In this document: positions 59,503 through 64,000 of the stretch, piece after piece
Numbering within the stretch: the stretch's first letter is position 1
How the letters are laid out: each line of letters begins with the position of its first letter
NCBI GenBank assembly: GCA_963662665.2
Contig: CAXXJS010000020.1
Span: forward strand, 128,001 to 192,000
DNA: 64,000 nucleotides
Source of the DNA: Candidatus Latescibacterota bacterium
GTDB lineage: Bacteria; Latescibacterota; UBA2968; GCA-2709665
Direction of reading: 5' to 3'
Position numbers and translations under genes: made by a program
Notes under the pieces: model-generated
Told to the model about the DNA's origin: nothing
Seen by the model: the letters and a program-made list of their open reading frames with translations, nothing else
The model's database searches: none

Positions 59503-61350
59503 ATGCCGAATGCGTTGCTGGTCAGTCCCCAGAATCCCGTAACGTTCTGGAGTTTTGACGAAGCCCTCAAAATGATCGACAGGAAAGTCGCATTTCCGCC
59601 GCTGGGGCTCCTGACCATTGCCGGAATGATGCCCGATTCCTACAAGCTGCGAATGGTCGACATGAACGCACGCCCGCTGATCGACGAGGATCTTGAGTGG
59701 GCCGATATCGTGATAACGTCGTCGATGATCATCCATTGGCATTCTTTGGAAGACGTGATTGCGCGCTGTAACCGGATGGGCGTGCCCGTATTGAACGGCG
59801 GACCTCTGCCCACACAGTACTGTGAAGAGATAGAGGGCGATGCGGTATTTTTTCTGGGCGAGGCGGAAAACGGATTTTTGGACATCGTAGACCGACTCGC
59901 CTCCGGTTCGGGTACGGTTGAACGGCAATACGTGGACCGACGCGGAAAATTTCTGGATCTGGCGGTAACACCGCTCCCACGTTGGTCCCTCGTCAATTTC
60001 GACGACTATAGCAATATGGTTATCCAGGTCACCCGCGGGTGCCCCGAAAGCTGCACGTTCTGCAATATTCCGTCGTTATACGGAAAAACGACGCGGCTGA
60101 AGAGCAAGAGCAGAATGGTCGAGGAACTGGACGCGCTCTACAATGCGGGTTGGCGCGGCGCCGTGATGGCGGTGGACGATAATTTCGTGGGCAACCGGGA
60201 CGCCATACGGCACTCGCTGACCGATGAGGTGGTGCCGTGGCAGCAGGAGCGCGGGTATCCCTTCCAGTTCCACACCCAGGCCAGCATCCGCGTCAGCGAC
60301 GATCAGGAATTGCTCGACGCCATGTATCACGCTGGATTCGACAAAGTCTTCGCTGGAATTGAGTCACCGGTTGAAGAGAGCCTGAAATTCATGGGCGCCC
60401 AGAAGAATCTACAGGGCGACACTCCCCTGTTGGACAAAGTCAAGATTCTCCAGGAAACCGGGTTCGAAGTGCAGGCGGGGTTCATAATCGGCCTTGACAC
60501 CGACCCTGACGATATCGCGGAACGGACCATTGCCTTCATCAGGGAGGCTGGCATTCCCGTGGCAATGGTGGGCATTCTGGGCGTGTTGAGGGATACACCG
60601 GACTACAAGCGATTCAGCCGGCAGGGGAGGCTGGTGGAGGGCGCGAAGTACACGGGCGATTCTGGTGTTTTCAGCCGCGAGTTGAGTTATGTCCCGCTGA
60701 TTGACCCCGATACACTGCTGGAACGGCACAGATGGACGGTGGAGACGTTGAATAGTCCGGAGGTCTACTTCGAACGGTGCCTCACGTTCATGAAACACCG
60801 GGGACGCCAACCGGTTACAAGGGGACCCGTCCGGATGCGGGAGATCAAGGCGGTTTTCCGGTCGATCTGGCGCCAGGGCATCTGGAACAAGAATTATCGG
60901 TGGCAATACTGGAAGTTCCTGGCGCAGGTGCTCATCAAACATCCCGCCAGTTTACCGGACGCGGTGCGTCTGGCAGTACAGGGGCATCACCTGATACTGA
61001 CCACGCAACGCGCGTTGCAGGTAGACGAAGTGAAGACGTTTCTTGACGAGGCCCTGGAACATCTGGAGCACTTCAGGAATGGCTATCGCGCGGCCTACCG
61101 TAAGAACATGGGCGCGTATGCCAGCCGGCTCATGAGATCGGTGCATCATCGCTTTGAGCATTTCCAAGACGAACAAAGGACCCTTCAGCATCATGCCACG
61201 GTGCTCCAGGGGGCCGCTCAGGAGTACTACCAGGCAACCTGCGAGGATTTCCGGCACCAGATTCAGGAGCCGCTGGAACGTTTTCAACAGGATACCGATC
61301 ACTTACTGCAAACCTGCTCGGCCGAGCATGCCGCACTTCAGAGGTCCTGA
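59503..61350 (+). CDS. B12-binding radical SAM protein with DUF4070 (HpnP-like family)
   Basis: TFWSF..PPLGLLTIA, GGP, GEAE, RGCPESCTFC (CxxxCxxC), VDDNF.GN, GIES, GFIIGLD.D. Confidence 0.9.
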   Translation: MPNALLVSPQNPVTFWSFDEALKMIDRKVAFPPLGLLTIAGMMPDSYKLRMVDMNARPLIDEDLEWADIVITSSMIIHWHSLEDVIARCNRMGVPVLNGGPLPTQYCEEIEGDAVFFLGEAENGFLDIVDRLASGSGTVERQYVDRRGKFLDLAVTPLPRWSLVNFDDYSNMVIQVTRGCPESCTFCNIPSLYGKTTRLKSKSRMVEELDALYNAGWRGAVMAVDDNFVGNRDAIRHSLTDEVVPWQQERGYPFQFHTQASIRVSDDQELLDAMYHAGFDKVFAGIESPVEESLKFMGAQKNLQGDTPLLDKVKILQETGFEVQAGFIIGLDTDPDDIAERTIAFIREAGIPVAMVGILGVLRDTPDYKRFSRQGRLVEGAKYTGDSGVFSRELSYVPLIDPDTLLERHRWTVETLNSPEVYFERCLTFMKHRGRQPVTRGPVRMREIKAVFRSIWRQGIWNKNYRWQYWKFLAQVLIKHPASLPDAVRLAVQGHHLILTTQRALQVDEVKTFLDEALEHLEHFRNGYRAAYRKNMGAYASRLMRSVHHRFEHFQDEQRTLQHHATVLQGAAQEYYQATCEDFRHQIQEPLERFQQDTDHLLQTCSAEHAALQRS

Positions 61351-61356
61351 TAAAAG

Positions 61357-61425
61357 CATCCCGTTGAAAAAGTCCGTCCGACCTGCGGCCTGCCTCGCCT
61401 GCAGAGCGACTTTTCCAACGGGCTG
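61357..61425. repeat. MITE/REP-like element with terminal inverted repeats
   Basis: CATCCCGTTGAAAAAGTC ... GACTTTTCCAACGGGCTG between convergent genes; the 18-nt block CCTCGCCTGCAGAGCGAC is identical to 16307-16324. Confidence 0.75.
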
Positions 61426-61501
61426 CTCAGGCGTCGCCCCATCTCCGGATGCTGTCTGAATACCGTGGTTTGCCAACCACACCCGGGAATGTGGCGGCGC
61501 C

Positions 61502-62716
61502 TTACAGTTTCCAGTAGTCGTCGATGTCTCGCTGGTATGCGCTGATTTTTCCCCTGAGCACGTCATTGACCGTGACGACCTCGCCTGAATTACCGGATTC
61601 GTACAACGCTTCGCTTACCGCTTTGCTGCGCAGTCCCTCCTCGGCATCGATTTCCACGTTACGCCCGGTGCTTATCGCGTCGATAAAGTCCCAGAGCTCC
61701 AGGGGCATGCCGCCGGTGATGCCGTAAGGAAACAGACGTTCGTTCTCTTCTTTGCTCAGGCTTTTCCGATACATGTCCACAACCCGTTCCATGCTGTAGG
61801 TAACGCCATCCAAAAGCTGGCACTCGCCTCTATGGGTGCTTGCCGCAGGATGAAAGATATCGTATTCCACAATGGTGCCTCTGCTACCCGTCAGGCTGAG
61901 TTGCAGAAAGCCCTTGCCGGGGGCGCTGTTGGTCCAGGACCAGGTGCCGATAACGCCGCTCCTGAAGTTGAAAATGCTGGTCCAGAAGTCTTCCCGTGTG
62001 TCGTTGATAACTCTCCGCCCCTTCATGTGGGGACGTTTTTCGATTTGTTCCACGCGGGCGTACACGCTGTGGACTTCACCAAACCAGTAGCGCATGGTGT
62101 CCACCCAGTGGGCGCCGCTGTCCATCAGCATGCCGCATCCACCCAGGTTACGGTCAACCCGCCAGTGCCAGGCCGGGGCGTTCTTGGGGTCTTGCCATGA
62201 GGCGCTGGCCGCCAGCCAGAATCGGGGTTTCCCCAGCAGCCCCCCCGCGTTGAGCGCCCAGTGGATGGCGCGCTGGCCGACGCTGCGGCGGCATTGTTCG
62301 GCCGTTGCGGCGATGCGTTTGTATTTTTCGGCCGCGGCGATTATTTTTTTTGTGGCTTTGACGGTGATGCCAATTGGTTTTTCGCAGAGGATGTGTACGC
62401 CGCCGGCAAGAAGCTCGCAGGCCAGGACGTGATGCAGGCCGTGGGGGCCGCAGATGTCGGCGCCATCGAGATGTTTCTCGCCGTTGAGCAATTCTTCTAC
62501 CGTCCGGTAGGCGTTCACCGGCCGACCGGTGTGGCTTTCAACCCGGTCTGCCATGTCTCTGGCGCGTTCCGGGACGTCGTCTACGGTCGCGACAATCCGG
62601 AATCGCGTTTCGTTTCTTTCCATGAGTTCAGCGTAACCCCTGAGATGCGCTCCGGCAATGCCGCCGCAGCCTACAATGGCCAGATTCACCGGCCTGCCGT
62701 TGTGTTGTCCGGTCAT
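61502..62716 (-). CDS. Gfo/Idh/MocA oxidoreductase
   Basis: AIVGCGGIA, PHGLH, HILCEKP, WR..GGCGMLMDSGAHWVD. Confidence 0.9.
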   Translation of the reverse strand: MTGQHNGRPVNLAIVGCGGIAGAHLRGYAELMERNETRFRIVATVDDVPERARDMADRVESHTGRPVNAYRTVEELLNGEKHLDGADICGPHGLHHVLACELLAGGVHILCEKPIGITVKATKKIIAAAEKYKRIAATAEQCRRSVGQRAIHWALNAGGLLGKPRFWLAASASWQDPKNAPAWHWRVDRNLGGCGMLMDSGAHWVDTMRYWFGEVHSVYARVEQIEKRPHMKGRRVINDTREDFWTSIFNFRSGVIGTWSWTNSAPGKGFLQLSLTGSRGTIVEYDIFHPAASTHRGECQLLDGVTYSMERVVDMYRKSLSKEENERLFPYGITGGMPLELWDFIDAISTGRNVEIDAEEGLRSKAVSEALYESGNSGEVVTVNDVLRGKISAYQRDIDDYWKL

Positions 62717-63019
62717 GCCAATCCTTTCACTCATGCGCGTGGTCTGTCGTGGAATCCGTTCAATTAGACGTCATGGATTCGTGAGTGCGGGCTCCATGTT
62801 ACCCGGTTGGATGGAATTGTCAAGTCGTTTGTCTGCGCTGTAGAAAGACCCTGCCGCAACCGTGTGTTTCCTTCTCAACGTTAAGTCCGCGGGAGCTTGA
62901 CAATTGGTGGGACTGGCGGCCTCCCGGAAGTGACACCCTGCCGTTGAAGCCGTCAGACGTACGGAGTTCCCCGTGTCCCGACGTCCTTGAGTGAGCCCTT
63001 ACCCAGGAGGTGAATTGAA

Positions 63020-63889
63020 ATGCTGATCGACGCCCACAACCACCCGAATTGGCACGGTTTCGATGCAAAGAGAATTCTGAACAATATGGATGAGCAGGGA
63101 ATCGACAGGATGTGGTTGTTTACATGGGAGGTGCCGGAAAACGAATATAATCCATCCTATCACAAAGTCCTGCCTCCGGGCGGGATGGGCATTCCGCTGG
63201 AAGACGTGCTGCAGGTGGGAAGAGAGGCGCGCGACCGCTTCGTACTGGGCTATTTCCCGCACCCCAAAAGGCCCGACGCGGCGGACCGCCTGCGGGCGGC
63301 TCATGAAATACATGGCATCCAGGTTGCGAGTGAGATGAAGGTACGCGTCTTGTTCGACGACCCGGATGCGATTCAGCTCTATAACGCCTGTGCGGAGATG
63401 AAGCTGCCCATAACGATCCACCTCGACTATCCCATCAATCATGGCGGGGGGAACTATCCCCGACCGAACTACTGGTACGGCGGAAGTATCGAGGCGTTCG
63501 AACGGGCGGTTGCGGCCTGCCCGGAAACGACGTTCATCGGTCACGCGCCGGGGTTCTGGGCGCATATCTCGGGAGACGATCTTTACGACAAAGCGTCCTA
63601 TCCGACGGCGCCAGTACTCCCCGGAGGAAAACTGTGGGACATGATGCGGCAGTACGGCAATCTATGGGCGGACCTCTCGGCCGGTTCGGCCCTGAATGCC
63701 CTGAAGCGTGATCCGGAAATCGGAAAGAAATTCCTTATCGAGTTTCAGGACAAACTGCTGTGGGGGCGGGACTATTTCGACACGGCGCTGATGGATTTCT
63801 TCCAGGGGCTTTCGTTGCCGAAGGGCGCGTATGACAAAATAACCTACCGGAACGCGCTGCGTATTCTGGGCGAGTCCGTGCCGGGCTAG
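63020..63889 (+). CDS. Amidohydrolase_2-family protein
   Basis: IDAHNH, LPITIH, FIGHAPGFW, NLWADLSAGS, LWGRD, KI..RNA; RBS AGGAGG. Confidence 0.85.
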   Translation: MLIDAHNHPNWHGFDAKRILNNMDEQGIDRMWLFTWEVPENEYNPSYHKVLPPGGMGIPLEDVLQVGREARDRFVLGYFPHPKRPDAADRLRAAHEIHGIQVASEMKVRVLFDDPDAIQLYNACAEMKLPITIHLDYPINHGGGNYPRPNYWYGGSIEAFERAVAACPETTFIGHAPGFWAHISGDDLYDKASYPTAPVLPGGKLWDMMRQYGNLWADLSAGSALNALKRDPEIGKKFLIEFQDKLLWGRDYFDTALMDFFQGLSLPKGAYDKITYRNALRILGESVPG

Positions 63890-63920
63890 CAGCCCGGATG
63901 GACTTTTTCACGGGCTGTCA
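63889..63920. repeat. Short palindromic member of the CAGCCCGTTGAAAAAGTC family
   Basis: GCAGCCCGGATGGACTTTTTCACGGGCTGTCA; its reverse complement is nearly identical to 16220-16252. Confidence 0.75.
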
Positions 63921-64000
63921 GGGGTTCGTATCCGGAACGTCCCTATTCTTTCACGAATTCCGAGAGTTTCCTGGCATACGCAACGTTGCCATATTCTTTG

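Noticed and set aside
62880-63005. Possible ZTP or other riboswitch upstream of the last amidohydrolase (GACTGGCG)
   Set aside because: Only a short motif matches; the remaining consensus elements and the expected gene context are missing.

Overview
GC-rich bacterial chromosome segment. The gene content and order (prfB-lysS-lolD-clpC-bamA-skp-fabZ, a lamin-tail/FlgD protein, and expansions of Gfo/Idh/MocA, PhyH, amidohydrolase, UxuA and heparinase II/III families) suggest an FCB-related diderm such as Latescibacterota or Gemmatimonadota, possibly a marine host associate; this taxonomy is inference only. There are three zones. (1) 1-11.0 kb is a decaying defence island at the 3' end of tRNA-Ala(GGC). 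It holds a UvrD helicase with a RelE-like N-terminus, a hypothetical gene, an IS1182-family element with 17-bp IRs that truncates an MNT-HsdS fusion, an orphan hicB, an AlbA_2/HATPase gene with a premature stop, and a type I hsdM. That hsdM carries an in-frame DUF559 (Vsr-like) endonuclease cassette bounded by inverted GC-rich double-hairpin repeats, plus a further in-frame copy of the repeat. (2) 11.2-35.0 kb is core housekeeping: ligA, UbiA, XPB, tsaD, ftsK, lolA, frameshifted prfB, lysS, lolD, clpC, bamA, skp, fabZ. (3) 35.1-64 kb is accessory catabolism: an Aap amino-acid ABC transporter, DMFase-like and sarcosine-oxidase-like enzymes, two UxuA paralogs, oxidoreductases, a heparinase II/III-like protein, an amidohydrolase-Rieske pair, a Co-type nitrile hydratase downstream of two PhyH paralogs (one with a halogenase-type HxG motif), and a B12 radical SAM enzyme. 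The top leads are the DUF559/hairpin-repeat element that colonises coding sequence in frame, and the putative halogenase/hydroxylase pair next to the nitrile hydratase. All family calls are by eye from motifs; no database search was run.
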